From an uncultured Gemmatimonadales bacterium (GTDB lineage: Bacteria > Gemmatimonadota > Gemmatimonadetes > JACCXV01 > JAHWKZ01): a stretch of DNA of 64,000 bases. The translations under genes were made by a program, and so were the position numbers. The notes beneath the pieces were generated by a model that saw only the letters and a list, made by a program, of their open reading frames with translations, made no database searches and was not told where the DNA came from. Below, piece by piece: positions 42,352 to 51,748 of the stretch (positions within the stretch are counted from its first letter, which is position 1; every line of letters starts with the position of its first letter). Where the stretch lies: NCBI GenBank assembly GCA_947259315.1, contig CAMYLR010000019.1, positions 1,252-65,251 of the forward strand, given 5' to 3'.

Positions 42352-42945
42352 CTGATCGACGTTCGCGGCGCGTGGCTGGCGCTGACGGCCGTCGATTCGG
42401 ATACGAGACCCCCAGAGCCACGACCCGAAGTCGCCTTCGTCGGCCGATCGAACGTCGGGAAGTCATCGTTGCTGAACGCGCTCGTCCAGCGGCGCAGCCT
42501 GGCGCGTACCAGCCGGCGGCCAGGTAAAACTCAGACCATCAACTACTACGCAGTCGATCGTTGCTACTTCGTGGATCTGCCTGGTTACGGCTATGCGGCC
42601 GTGCCGACCGCGGTTCGCGAGCAGTGGGGTCCGATGATCGAGGGCTACCTGACCGACAACAGCCGCCTGATGGGGGTCATCTCGCTGGTCGACGGTCGCC
42701 GACCACCGACCCCGCTGGACCGCGAGATGATCGCCTGGCTCGCCGGGCGCGGTGTGCCCACGCTGGTCGTGCTCACAAAAGCCGACAAAGTGGCCCGGGG
42801 GCGGAGACGACCACTGCTAACCGAGGCGTGCAGCCAGCTTGGCCTGGGCGAGGATCAAGTGGTATGGTTTTCAGCCCGCACTGGCGAGGGTCGCGATGCC
42901 CTCCTCGACGCGGTGTCTCGATTGTTAGCCCTGGAGGCCGGATGA
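42352..42945 (+). CDS. engB: Ribosome-biogenesis GTPase EngB/YsxC (YihA)
   Basis: G1 VAFVGRSNVGKSSLLNAL, then RTSRRPGKTQ, DLPGYGYA, TKADK. Reading is continuous and in frame from the codon right after the clpX stop. There is no in-frame ATG/GTG/TTG before the G1 motif, so the start is assigned to CTG 42352 by necessity. Confidence 0.7.
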   Translation: MIDVRGAWLALTAVDSDTRPPEPRPEVAFVGRSNVGKSSLLNALVQRRSLARTSRRPGKTQTINYYAVDRCYFVDLPGYGYAAVPTAVREQWGPMIEGYLTDNSRLMGVISLVDGRRPPTPLDREMIAWLAGRGVPTLVVLTKADKVARGRRRPLLTEACSQLGLGEDQVVWFSARTGEGRDALLDAVSRLLALEAG

Positions 42946-43613
42946 CTCGCGAGCTGATTCTGACTCTGATCGCTGTTGTAGGACTGGCATCATGCGCCAC
43001 GGCGCAGGAAGAAGTCCCGCCTACCGATGACGCTCAGCCCCCGGCCGATTCGGTCTCGGCCGGCGAGGCGACCTCCGAAGACGACCCGCATGTCAGTCGC
43101 ACGCGCAGCGCGAGCACGCTGTCTTGGGAGGAGTTGAGTGTTCGGCTGGTTGGTCGGGAGACAACCCAAGGGTTACAGATCGACGTCACGACGCTGGATG
43201 ACGATGCGATCGCCCTAGCGGCCCCAGACATATACGCCCACCTGACCGATCTGAAGCAGCGAATCCCGGCTGCCCACGACTTTCGCGCTGAAGATGTCGA
43301 AGAGATGACCCCGCTGCTGGTCGCCTTTACCGGTTTCGAAAAAGAGATCAGTTTTGAGCCTACCCGACTAATCATCCGCAGTGAGGGATCGACGTTCTAC
43401 CCACTCCACGTTTTGCCCGTGAGCCCCAAGTTCGATCGCCGGTTGGTCGGATTATACGAGACAGTCTACGGGATCTACCTGTTTGAACCAGGCATCGACT
43501 TCTTCGCAAATCTCGAATTCCAGTACGCTGACCTCTCGTCTGGCGGGTCATGGCTTCGGATCGTGAAGCGAGTGCAAAGGGCGAAGGCGCGTCGGGAAGC
43601 CGGATCGCCGTAA
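42942..43613 (+). CDS. Hypothetical lipoprotein
   Basis: MTRELILTLIAVVGLASCATAQ (lipobox LASC). Its ATG overlaps the engB stop (ATGA). The 350-aa ORF in the track (42561..) is an out-of-frame upstream extension. Confidence 0.45.
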   Translation: MTRELILTLIAVVGLASCATAQEEVPPTDDAQPPADSVSAGEATSEDDPHVSRTRSASTLSWEELSVRLVGRETTQGLQIDVTTLDDDAIALAAPDIYAHLTDLKQRIPAAHDFRAEDVEEMTPLLVAFTGFEKEISFEPTRLIIRSEGSTFYPLHVLPVSPKFDRRLVGLYETVYGIYLFEPGIDFFANLEFQYADLSSGGSWLRIVKRVQRAKARREAGSP

Positions 43614-44326
43614 TGGGTCGATCAGCCCGGGTTGTCGTTACTGGGGCTGGGCAGGGCCTGGGACTTGAGTTCGCCCGTCAATGGGTCGACGCCGGCGATC
43701 AAGTTATCGCCCTGGCCCGCGACACCCGTGCCTCAACGGGTCTCGTAGATCTAGCCCAACGAACCGGTCGGCAGTTGATTATGATCGATTGCGACATCGG
43801 TGACGACGCCTCCGTGGAAGCCGCCGCACGAACGATTGGCAGTACCGTCGACGGCCTCGAGATTGTCGTGAACAACGCTGGCGAGCGGGGCCAAACGGAA
43901 GACTTGGACTCGCTTGACCCGAATGTCGTCCTACGCGTCTTCAACACAAACACGCTTGGGTCGCTGCGAATGAGTCGCGCGTTGCTTCCACTACTTCGCT
44001 CCGGCCACGGCAAGCCACCGCGGATTGTCCATCTGAGCTCGCTCATGGGGTCGATTGCCGACAACCAGAGCGGTGGATCGTATGCCTACCGGATCTCAAA
44101 GGCCGGGCTCAACATGGCCTGTCGCACGTTGGCTTACGACTTGGCGCGTTACGGTGTCACGACGGCCGCGATACACCCGGGATGGGTGCAGACCCGAATG
44201 GGCGGATCCGCTGCGCCGCTCACAACCGAGGCCGCCGTGAGTGACATGGTCGGTACGATACAGCAGCTCTCCATCGATCAGAGCGGTCAATTCCTCGATC
44301 GTCACGGCGAACCCCTGCCCTACTGA
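43613..44326 (+). CDS. Short-chain dehydrogenase/reductase (SDR)
   Basis: TGAGQGLGLEFA (TGxxxGxG), NNAG, and a YxxxK (YAYRISKAG) catalytic motif. Start at the internal ATG overlapping the upstream stop (TAATG). Confidence 0.8.
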   Translation: MGRSARVVVTGAGQGLGLEFARQWVDAGDQVIALARDTRASTGLVDLAQRTGRQLIMIDCDIGDDASVEAAARTIGSTVDGLEIVVNNAGERGQTEDLDSLDPNVVLRVFNTNTLGSLRMSRALLPLLRSGHGKPPRIVHLSSLMGSIADNQSGGSYAYRISKAGLNMACRTLAYDLARYGVTTAAIHPGWVQTRMGGSAAPLTTEAAVSDMVGTIQQLSIDQSGQFLDRHGEPLPY

Positions 44327-44335
44327 CTGCCGAGG

Positions 44336-45946
44336 CTATGAGAGTCCGTATTTCTTGAGTTTTCGGTACAGAGTCCGTTCGCCGATGCCGAGAATCTCGG
44401 CCGCCCGGCGGCGGTTACCGTCAACGACCGCCAGCGTGCGTTCGATCGCCAAGCGCTCGATTTCATCCAGACTGACCCCCACCGTCAGCAGCTCGCCATC
44501 AGCCACTGAGGGCACCTCGCGGGCGTCACTGGGTTCGCCGATCGGAACTGTTCGGACTTCGTTGTCGATATCGCCGCCTTCCGTTTCGACCTCTACTGCT
44601 CGGACCCATGGCACCCCCCGGTCGCTTCCCTCGAGCAACTCGCGGATCTCCCGATAGTCGTTCCGCAACGCGTCCAGCTCACCCTTCAGATCGCGATACA
44701 AGTACCCCAAGAGCGCCTCGATCCGAGCCCCGGAGACACCCCCGTCGACAACATCCTCACCTAGCGGCATCGGCAGCAGCCGCTCGGGATTCGCCCGAGC
44801 GTATATCTCTTCTGGAATGTCACGCGCGCGAATTTTCGACCCAGGAGTCAACACCAACATGCTTTCGACCAGGTTTCTCAGCTCACGGACATTGCCAGGC
44901 CAGTCATAGTTCTTGAGGACGGACATCGCTTCGTCGGTGATGCCTACAAACTGGCGATCGTTCTGGGTGCAGAACTCTTGTACGAAATGGTGGATGAGAA
45001 GCGGAATGTCGTCACGCCGCTCACGGAGCGGGGGCATGCGCACGTTCAGGACATTTAACCGATAGTACAGATCGCGTCGGAATTCGCCCGCTTCTACCGC
45101 CGACTCGAGATCGCGGTTGGTTGAGGCGAGAACCCGCACGTCGACCCGGATAGGTTTCGAGCCGCCGACCCGCATGAACTCGCGTTCCTCGAGCACGCGA
45201 AGCAGCTTGACCTGAGTCGAGAGCGGCATCTCTCCAACCTCGTCCAATAACAGCGTGCCCCGATCGGCGATCTCGAAATGACCCTTCCGAAGGCTAGTGG
45301 CGCCGGTAAAAGACCCTTTCTCGTGACCGAACAGCTCCGATTCGAGAAGGCTTTCGGTCAAAGCGGCGCAATTGACGGCGATGAATGGCTTGCTGGCGCG
45401 TGTCGACAGATCGTGAATCGCTCTCGCGATCAGCTCCTTCCCGGTGCCACTCTCGCCTTCGATCAGGACGGTTGAATGAACCGGGGCATATTGGGAAACT
45501 CGCTCAAGAACGAGTTTGATCGCTTCCGATCGGCCGATGATGTGCGTCCTTCCAACCAACTCCTCGCGCGCGATCAGACGGCGTGCGACGAGCGTCAGCT
45601 CGTTCGCATCAAACGGCTTCTTGAGAACCTCGTCGATCCCCTGCTTACGGCGCCGCTCTATGCGCTCGAACTCAGTATCATTGACCAGCGCAAGCACGCC
45701 AACCGGCCGGGCGGCATCGTCGATTTGTCGCAGGAACTCTCGCGTCGCACGCTCGGAGATTCCGCCGGTCAGTACGATGAGTGTCACCCGACTGTCGCTC
45801 AAAACTCGCTCCCGGATCTCCTTGATCGAATCCACGACCTCCACGTCGAGCCCAGCCATGCCGAGTACGTGTTCGGCGCGAATCGCGTACTCAGGGTCGT
45901 AGCGGCTGACCAAGACAGCGGCCGGAATCGTCGCGCCCGCACTCAT
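44336..45946 (-). CDS. Sigma-54-dependent transcriptional activator with atypical (non-phosphorylatable) receiver-like N-domain
   Basis: AAA+ core [15 protein letters not shown] and [13 protein letters not shown] (GAFTGA variant). C-terminal HTH ([22 protein letters not shown]). The N-terminal REC-like fold ends in LKKPF, but the phospho-Asp position reads VTLIVLTGG (no Asp). Confidence 0.8.
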   Translation of the reverse strand: MSAGATIPAAVLVSRYDPEYAIRAEHVLGMAGLDVEVVDSIKEIRERVLSDSRVTLIVLTGGISERATREFLRQIDDAARPVGVLALVNDTEFERIERRRKQGIDEVLKKPFDANELTLVARRLIAREELVGRTHIIGRSEAIKLVLERVSQYAPVHSTVLIEGESGTGKELIARAIHDLSTRASKPFIAVNCAALTESLLESELFGHEKGSFTGATSLRKGHFEIADRGTLLLDEVGEMPLSTQVKLLRVLEEREFMRVGGSKPIRVDVRVLASTNRDLESAVEAGEFRRDLYYRLNVLNVRMPPLRERRDDIPLLIHHFVQEFCTQNDRQFVGITDEAMSVLKNYDWPGNVRELRNLVESMLVLTPGSKIRARDIPEEIYARANPERLLPMPLGEDVVDGGVSGARIEALLGYLYRDLKGELDALRNDYREIRELLEGSDRGVPWVRAVEVETEGGDIDNEVRTVPIGEPSDAREVPSVADGELLTVGVSLDEIERLAIERTLAVVDGNRRRAAEILGIGERTLYRKLKKYGLS

Positions 45947-46461
45947 GGCCGATCAGCCGCCCTGTGTTCGACCTGACCGATGGGTAGCTCCGCTAGTAGG
46001 GCGACCGCGTGATCGAGAACCGGCGCCAAGGTCTCAAACGTGGCGCAAGCACCGCGTGGGCTTCCCGGAAGGTTGACTATCAGGGTTTGGCCGCGAATGG
46101 CGCTCGTGGCCCGGGATAGCATCGCGTGAGGCGTCTGCTCGAGCGATCCTGCGCGCAGCGCCTCTGCTATACCGGGCACCTCGCGGTCGGCGATCTGGCG
46201 GGTTGCGTCGGGGGTCACATCACGCGGTGCCAACCCCGTTCCGCCCGACGTCAGGATCAACTGGACTCGGTCGTTGTCGGCCAGCCGAGCCAAGGTCTCG
46301 GCGATCGCGTCAACTTCGTCGGCGCTGACCTCGCATGCCCTGACCTCCCAACCGGCCTCCTCGAGGCGTCCGACGAGCGCTGGACCGCTGGCGTCGGCCT
46401 GGACCCCAGCTGCCACCCGATCGCTGACCACCAGCACCGCGGCCCCCCTGTGATGTGCCAT
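45943..46461 (-). CDS. mogA: Molybdopterin adenylyltransferase / MoaB-MogA family
   Basis: LILTSGGTGLAPRDVTPDAT and VVSDRV... are MogA/MoaB motifs. Start trimmed to the internal Met. Its stop overlaps the start of the sigma-54 activator. Confidence 0.75.
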   Translation of the reverse strand: MAHHRGAAVLVVSDRVAAGVQADASGPALVGRLEEAGWEVRACEVSADEVDAIAETLARLADNDRVQLILTSGGTGLAPRDVTPDATRQIADREVPGIAEALRAGSLEQTPHAMLSRATSAIRGQTLIVNLPGSPRGACATFETLAPVLDHAVALLAELPIGQVEHRAADRP

Positions 46462-46542
46462 TTCGGCAGACATTTGTGGCAAGATACGTCGGCTTGCGAG
46501 GGGCGCCAAACATCGGTGTTGGCACCGGTGACGCGCGGAGTG

Positions 46543-47007
46543 CTAGCGGGTCCAGACCCCCAGGCGCTGCTGGCGGGCAGTCGATTCGGCGGCTCGCAAT
46601 CGATCGCTGTGGCGCCGGTTCACGACGCTCGGCTTGAGAAAGGCATAGCCCTGTCGAATGAGCATCTCATTGACCATTCGACCGTCGGCGAGGAAGACAT
46701 ACGCCAGCAGCCGGCCCCGCTTATCTCGCGACTCCTCATCCAACTCCAACCGGATCTCCGAACCGCTCGGCAACAAGGCCGCCAGGGCGTTCCTCGCCAG
46801 CGTGCCAAACGGGCCCCGCTCGGGCGAGTCCACGAGCAACAAGCGAATGCGCTCCCCATTCCGACAGTTCAGCGTGTCACCGTCGAGTACAAAAGCCACG
46901 GTGCACGTTTCCGTTTGGGCCTCGACGGGATCGGCCCACCCCGCGACCAGCATCAAAGGCACGATTAGAACATGCCCACAGGCGTGACGAAACATCGACA
47001 GAGTCAT
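46543..47007 (-). CDS. Thermonuclease (staphylococcal-nuclease-like, SNase fold), secreted
   Basis: Signal peptide, then VLDGDTLNCRNGERIRLLLVDSPE and GRLLAYVFLADGRMVNEMLIRQGYA (SNase active-site region). Confidence 0.7.
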   Translation of the reverse strand: MTLSMFRHACGHVLIVPLMLVAGWADPVEAQTETCTVAFVLDGDTLNCRNGERIRLLLVDSPERGPFGTLARNALAALLPSGSEIRLELDEESRDKRGRLLAYVFLADGRMVNEMLIRQGYAFLKPSVVNRRHSDRLRAAESTARQQRLGVWTR

Positions 47008-48020
47008 CTCGTTTCAGCTGGTGAGCGGCGGACCCGCCCACGCGACAGTATGTATCCCCACGCCCCATACGCGAAGGCCAAGCAGGCATACAAGTAATAG
47101 AACCAGTGTAACGGTATCGCCTTCATAGCGAATACGACCCCACGCTGGCGAGCGAAGTACTTGTACAGGTCCCGATTCAGGACCAGCAACCCGAGTGCCG
47201 ATATGCCTGCCAGCCAAATCGCGACCGGTCTCACCGAGGCGATCAGCACACTACCCACGGTGAGCCACGCCAGAACGGCGCTCACCCGCTGCGACCACCG
47301 GAGGTTCAGCGCCGTGTCTACCCGGCCACGGTCAAGCATCAGCCGCGTCCAGGGCGCACCACGATCAAAGATGTCTGAACGCATGAGTTGCTCAAAAGTC
47401 CAGGCTTTCAGGTGCTTGACCCTGACTTCCTTGCACAACCTTATCGTAAAGCCGGCATCTCGCAGCCTGTAACCCAGCTCGATATCTTCTATGCTCGGCC
47501 GCGGGAATTGTTCCTCATCGAAGCCACCGATCGTAGCGAACACGGCTCGCCGAACGACCCCGCAACCGGCCCAGAAAGTCGTAGCGTCCTCACCCCCCTG
47601 CTGATGGGTGTACGAGTGAAACAAGTTCTTGAACTGGGCGACAAAGTTCTGCGCGGCTGGCGCGTCATCGTAACACCCGAACAACGCGTCGACGGCGGGT
47701 TCCGCCTGGAGCACGGCGGCAGCCCGATCGAGGGTATCGGGATGCACTTGGCAGTCAGCGTCGACGAAGAACAGGTATTCTCCAGACGCCCTTTCGGCTC
47801 CCAGATTCCTCGCCGCTCCCGGGCCTCGTGCACGATCAACGGAGATCACCGCCGCTCCGCGTTGCCGCGCCAGCTCTGCCGAACCGTCGGCCGACCCATC
47901 GTCGACGACGATCAACTCGAGGTTCGACCATCGCGATCGATGGAGTGCATCGAGGCAGCGCTCGAAATCCGAGCCCCCGTTGTGAACTGGCACGATCACG
48001 GAGAAGTATGGCGGGTTCAT
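47004..48020 (-). CDS. Family 2 glycosyltransferase
   Basis: FSVIVPVHNGGSDFERCLDAL...LELIVVDDGSADGS (GT-A DxD region). Start at the internal Met (MNPPYFSV). Its stop overlaps the nuclease start. Confidence 0.8.
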   Translation of the reverse strand: MNPPYFSVIVPVHNGGSDFERCLDALHRSRWSNLELIVVDDGSADGSAELARQRGAAVISVDRARGPGAARNLGAERASGEYLFFVDADCQVHPDTLDRAAAVLQAEPAVDALFGCYDDAPAAQNFVAQFKNLFHSYTHQQGGEDATTFWAGCGVVRRAVFATIGGFDEEQFPRPSIEDIELGYRLRDAGFTIRLCKEVRVKHLKAWTFEQLMRSDIFDRGAPWTRLMLDRGRVDTALNLRWSQRVSAVLAWLTVGSVLIASVRPVAIWLAGISALGLLVLNRDLYKYFARQRGVVFAMKAIPLHWFYYLYACLAFAYGAWGYILSRGRVRRSPAETR

Positions 48021-48072
48021 TCGAATGCGCAAGAAACTACTGAGCCCGTCTTTCGGGCGCAGGCAGGGACGT

Positions 48073-49578
48073 ATGACGAGACCTAGGTCGGCGGAAGCGG
48101 TTCCCGGTCGTTCGAGCGTGGGGCAACAGACGGTGTCCGGCGCAGTCAAGATATTTCTCGCCCAGGGCCTGATGGTCCCGACCGGACTGGCCACGGTTGC
48201 ATTTCTAACCCGAGCGCTGGGCCCGGAAGGCTACGGGGTATACGCGCTCGCCGTGACGCTTGTCATGACGATCGAGTGGACGATCGCTCATGCGCTATCC
48301 CGGGCCACCATCCGCCTTGTCGGCAGCAGCGAGGACTGGAAACCGATTGCGACCCGAGTGTTGCAGATCTACTTCGCCGTCAGCCTAGCGGTGGCGATCG
48401 GGCTCTGGATCTTGGCGCCGGCCGTGGCCGGTTTTCTAGGCGAACCGCGGTTGATCTCCCCTCTGCGGTTGCTCACGATTGATGTCCCTCTTTTAGTGAT
48501 GGGGTTCGGCCACCAAATCATCCTGACTGGACGCGGACGATTCGGACAACGCGCGCTGGCGATCGCCGCCCGTTGGATCGCCCGGCTGGCGCTGATCGTT
48601 CTATTGGTCAGCCTGGGCCTTTCGATCAACGGCGCTATCCTCGGCACCATCGGTGCGTCGCTTGTCGAGCTCATCATCGCAATGCGCTACGACCGACCGG
48701 CATTATTCCGCCGCGTCCATGCGCCGGTACGCATGCTCTACGTTTACGCGCTTCCACTGTTTCTGTTGAGTCTCAGCTTGCGCTTCATTCAGCAGGTCGA
48801 CCTGATCGCGTTCAAAGCGCTGGGTGGAGCCACAGCGATGGCCGGTATCTTCGCGGGTGCACGCAACTTGGCGCTCATGGCGGCCCTCTTCTCGATGGCC
48901 TTCTCGCCACTGCTGTTGTCCACGCTGAGTCGGCTCGTCGGCATTGGCGATCTCGAGCACGCGCGCGACATGGGTCGTGACGCGCTTCGTTTCCCGTTTC
49001 TCCTGCTACCGCTGATCGGAATCGCTGTCGGCGCATCGCTCGAGATCACTGTGTTCGCTTTGGGGATGGAATTCGAGGCCGCTGCACCACTGCTCGAGCA
49101 GCTCGTCGTCGCCGGAATCGCAATGACGTTGTTCGGGGTCTGCTCTTCGATTCTGACGGCCGCCGGCAAGCCCAACTGGACGTTCGCGTTGGTCGGTCCG
49201 TTGGTGCCGATCACTGTCGTCGGCCACTTGATCGCGGTGCCCCGGTGGGGCGCGCTCGGTGCGGCTACAATTACCGCCGTGGTGTCGGTCACGGCAGCGG
49301 TGCTGGGCGTTCTTGCGGTCGGCAGATTGTGGCGTATCTGGCCGCCCATTACGTCGATTCTTCGCGGTGTGGCGGTCGCCCTGGCGGCCTACGCGGCAGC
49401 CCGCTGGTGGGTCGCCTCGGGCTGGCTAATCGTCATCAAGCTCAGCCTGATCTCGATCGCGGTTCCGGCCCTTTTGTGGCTCATTGGCGAGTTCAACGCG
49501 AGAGAGAGACAGCTCTTGCGCTCGGTGCTGTTGCGACCTTGGGAGGACGGTCCGGGCTCGACTTTCGAAGCCCCTTAA
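48073..49578 (+). CDS. Polysaccharide biosynthesis protein, MOP-superfamily (Wzx-like) flippase
   Basis: About 12 predicted TM helices in a Wzx/MurJ-like layout. Divergently transcribed from the GT2 gene. Start uncertain (48025 or 48073). Confidence 0.55.
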   Translation: MTRPRSAEAVPGRSSVGQQTVSGAVKIFLAQGLMVPTGLATVAFLTRALGPEGYGVYALAVTLVMTIEWTIAHALSRATIRLVGSSEDWKPIATRVLQIYFAVSLAVAIGLWILAPAVAGFLGEPRLISPLRLLTIDVPLLVMGFGHQIILTGRGRFGQRALAIAARWIARLALIVLLVSLGLSINGAILGTIGASLVELIIAMRYDRPALFRRVHAPVRMLYVYALPLFLLSLSLRFIQQVDLIAFKALGGATAMAGIFAGARNLALMAALFSMAFSPLLLSTLSRLVGIGDLEHARDMGRDALRFPFLLLPLIGIAVGASLEITVFALGMEFEAAAPLLEQLVVAGIAMTLFGVCSSILTAAGKPNWTFALVGPLVPITVVGHLIAVPRWGALGAATITAVVSVTAAVLGVLAVGRLWRIWPPITSILRGVAVALAAYAAARWWVASGWLIVIKLSLISIAVPALLWLIGEFNARERQLLRSVLLRPWEDGPGSTFEAP

Positions 49579-49591
49579 CGGCTCGCGATCG

Positions 49592-49900
49592 CTACCCGCG
49601 ATCGGCGAAGCGATTGTACAGTCGGGCCAGCGACCACCCGACCGCCGACCCCACCAGAGCGCCGTAGCCAAAACCGATCACCGAGCCGGGCCAGGTCACC
49701 GAGTAGCCGGGGAAGTAGTTGCCCAGGAGGCCCAGCGTCGGTCCGATCTCGGGCCCACCACGAATGAGCAGCCAGACAGTGGCCAGAAAGAGCCCCAGGC
49801 CACCCAACACGCCAAATACGATCGCCATGGCACCGGCGCGCATGCGAGCCACCGCGGCTTGGACCAGTGCTCGCTCTTCGTTGGTAACACCTCGGGTCAT
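49592..49900 (-). CDS. Small two-TM membrane protein, paralogous to the C-terminal module of the upstream oxidoreductase
   Basis: AIVFGVLGGLGLFLATVWLLIRGG...LGLLGNYFPGYSVTWPGSVIGFGYGALVGSAVGW is closely similar to residues ~500-590 of the 606-aa protein (AIVSGVGLFLTTAWVLLRAE...LVGQYLLGYEVSWGGAVLGLIGAGVFGFVVGFGVAW). Confidence 0.45.
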   Translation of the reverse strand: MTRGVTNEERALVQAAVARMRAGAMAIVFGVLGGLGLFLATVWLLIRGGPEIGPTLGLLGNYFPGYSVTWPGSVIGFGYGALVGSAVGWSLARLYNRFADRG

Positions 49901-49905
49901 TCGCG

Positions 49906-51726
49906 TTACTCCAGATTCAGCGGGTCGATTGTGCCAGCGACTTCGAGCTCACGTTCGAGAATCGTTTCTTCCCACCCAATGATCAAGTTGACCAGCCAGG
50001 CGACCCCAAAACCGACCACAAAACCGAAAACCCCGGCGCCGATCAGCCCCAGCACGGCCCCACCCCAACTGACCTCGTAACCCAGCAGATATTGGCCAAC
50101 GAGCGCGAGCATCTCTGTCGAATCGTGTTCAGCACGCAGAAGCACCCAAGCCGTAGTTAGGAACAACCCGACCCCGCTCACGATGGCGACCGCCATACCG
50201 AGGGCTAGCGAGTCGTAGCGAGCGAAGGCTGCCGCCAAGACGTCCTCGAGAGTCTCCTCGTCGGCGATCGACGGCGTCAACCGACCCGCGACCGGCGCTC
50301 TCTTCTCGACCCCTACGCGCTTCTCCTCGTGATACTCATCCTCGACGTTCACTGACCACACGTCATAGTCTGCGCCGTCAATATTCCGCGCCGCATAGAT
50401 CCCGGTCACCATAGAGTGATCCTGGTTGTTGTAACGATGTTGGCCGTTGCGGCCGATGAGGTGGAGGTTGGTCAACCCGTCGGTGTAGCGACGCACCGTC
50501 GCCAGCGCCTCCCCGTACTCTGAGTCGTACACCGGATACGCTTTTGGCATGCGGACCACTGTCCCGTCGATCAGAGTGTCTGGGCGGATCAACCCTAGCC
50601 GGACCATCTCGGCCTCACCCAGCTCGACGAGCTCCTCGTCGGCAGCGGACCAAAGTTCGTCCCCCTCGTTGACGAAGTACTCCAGTCCCAGCGAAGTCGT
50701 GCTCGCGTCTGGAACCATTTCTGAGCTCCAGTTCTTGAAGTTCTGGACTCGCCCGACCTTGACGTCTGGCGAGTGGATATAGATCCAGTTGTCGGGGAAG
50801 ACCTCGGCATCGCGGACGATCAGAACGACGGTTAGGAAATCACGATAGCGCAGCTTTTCAGCCGCCTCGGCAACTGGTTCTGGCGCTGGGGGATCGAGTG
50901 AGCGGATGAGTCGACGAGCTGGCATGGTGGATACGAAATGATCAGCCGATACACGCTCGATCTCGCCATTTCCAAATCGAACCGTCGCTGCTTCGACTCG
51001 ACCATCTTTATGGTGTAGGTCGGACACCTCGGCATCGAGATGTGTCTTCACCCCACGAGTCTCGAGCCGTTCGCTCCATCGCTCCCACATCATGCCTGGG
51101 CCGAGGCGCGGGTATTGGAACTCGTCGATCAACGTGGTGATTAACGAGCCGCCTTTCTTTCCGCCCAGGAGCGCGTGCCTGATAGCCTGAGTCAAGTTCA
51201 GGTTCTTGATACGCTGGGCGGCCCAGTCAGCGCCGATTTCGCTGCACGGAATACCCCACACCTTCTCGGTATAGGTTTCGAAGAAGATCTCGTACAGCCG
51301 GCGACCGAATCGATTCACGACCCAGTCTTCGAACGTTCGCTCGTCGCTGTTAGGAATCCCTCGTGCCCTCAAATAGCTGGCGACGATGCGGATCGATTCG
51401 ATCAGCCCCAAGCCGCGCAGGGCGTTCCCGGGTCTAAGTGGATAGTCAAAGAACCGATCGCGGTAATAGATCCGAGAGAGGCGAGGTCGGACGAGGAAAT
51501 CGTCCCCCATCACATCCTCCCACATTGTCTGTACTGTGTCGACCTTGGTGAAAAACCGGTGGCCGCCGATGTCGAACCGATAGCCGCGATAACTCACCGT
51601 GCGGGCGATGCCGCCGACTTGATCGTCCTTTTCGAAGATGACGGCTTCGTGTCCGAGCTCGGTAAGTTCGTGTGCGGCCGTCAGTCCACCAGGACCCGCG
51701 CCTATGACAACGACCCGCTCGCTCAA
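49906..51726 (-). CDS. FAD-dependent oxidoreductase (amine-oxidase / UDP-galactopyranose-mutase-like fold) with C-terminal membrane anchor
   Basis: N-terminal VVVIGAGPGGLTAAHEL...IFEKDDQVGG...FDIGGHRFF (FAD Rossmann with a GxHxF-like motif). The last ~100 aa are hydrophobic. Confidence 0.6.
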   Translation of the reverse strand: MSERVVVIGAGPGGLTAAHELTELGHEAVIFEKDDQVGGIARTVSYRGYRFDIGGHRFFTKVDTVQTMWEDVMGDDFLVRPRLSRIYYRDRFFDYPLRPGNALRGLGLIESIRIVASYLRARGIPNSDERTFEDWVVNRFGRRLYEIFFETYTEKVWGIPCSEIGADWAAQRIKNLNLTQAIRHALLGGKKGGSLITTLIDEFQYPRLGPGMMWERWSERLETRGVKTHLDAEVSDLHHKDGRVEAATVRFGNGEIERVSADHFVSTMPARRLIRSLDPPAPEPVAEAAEKLRYRDFLTVVLIVRDAEVFPDNWIYIHSPDVKVGRVQNFKNWSSEMVPDASTTSLGLEYFVNEGDELWSAADEELVELGEAEMVRLGLIRPDTLIDGTVVRMPKAYPVYDSEYGEALATVRRYTDGLTNLHLIGRNGQHRYNNQDHSMVTGIYAARNIDGADYDVWSVNVEDEYHEEKRVGVEKRAPVAGRLTPSIADEETLEDVLAAAFARYDSLALGMAVAIVSGVGLFLTTAWVLLRAEHDSTEMLALVGQYLLGYEVSWGGAVLGLIGAGVFGFVVGFGVAWLVNLIIGWEETILERELEVAGTIDPLNLE

Positions 51727-51748
51727 CGGGAGATGAACCGGCTACCGT

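Noticed and set aside
42561-43613. 350-aa ORF spanning engB and the downstream lipoprotein
   Set aside because: The 5' two-thirds is out of frame with EngB, whose GTPase motifs lie in another frame. Only the 3' part (from ATG 42942, lipobox signal peptide) is a plausible gene.
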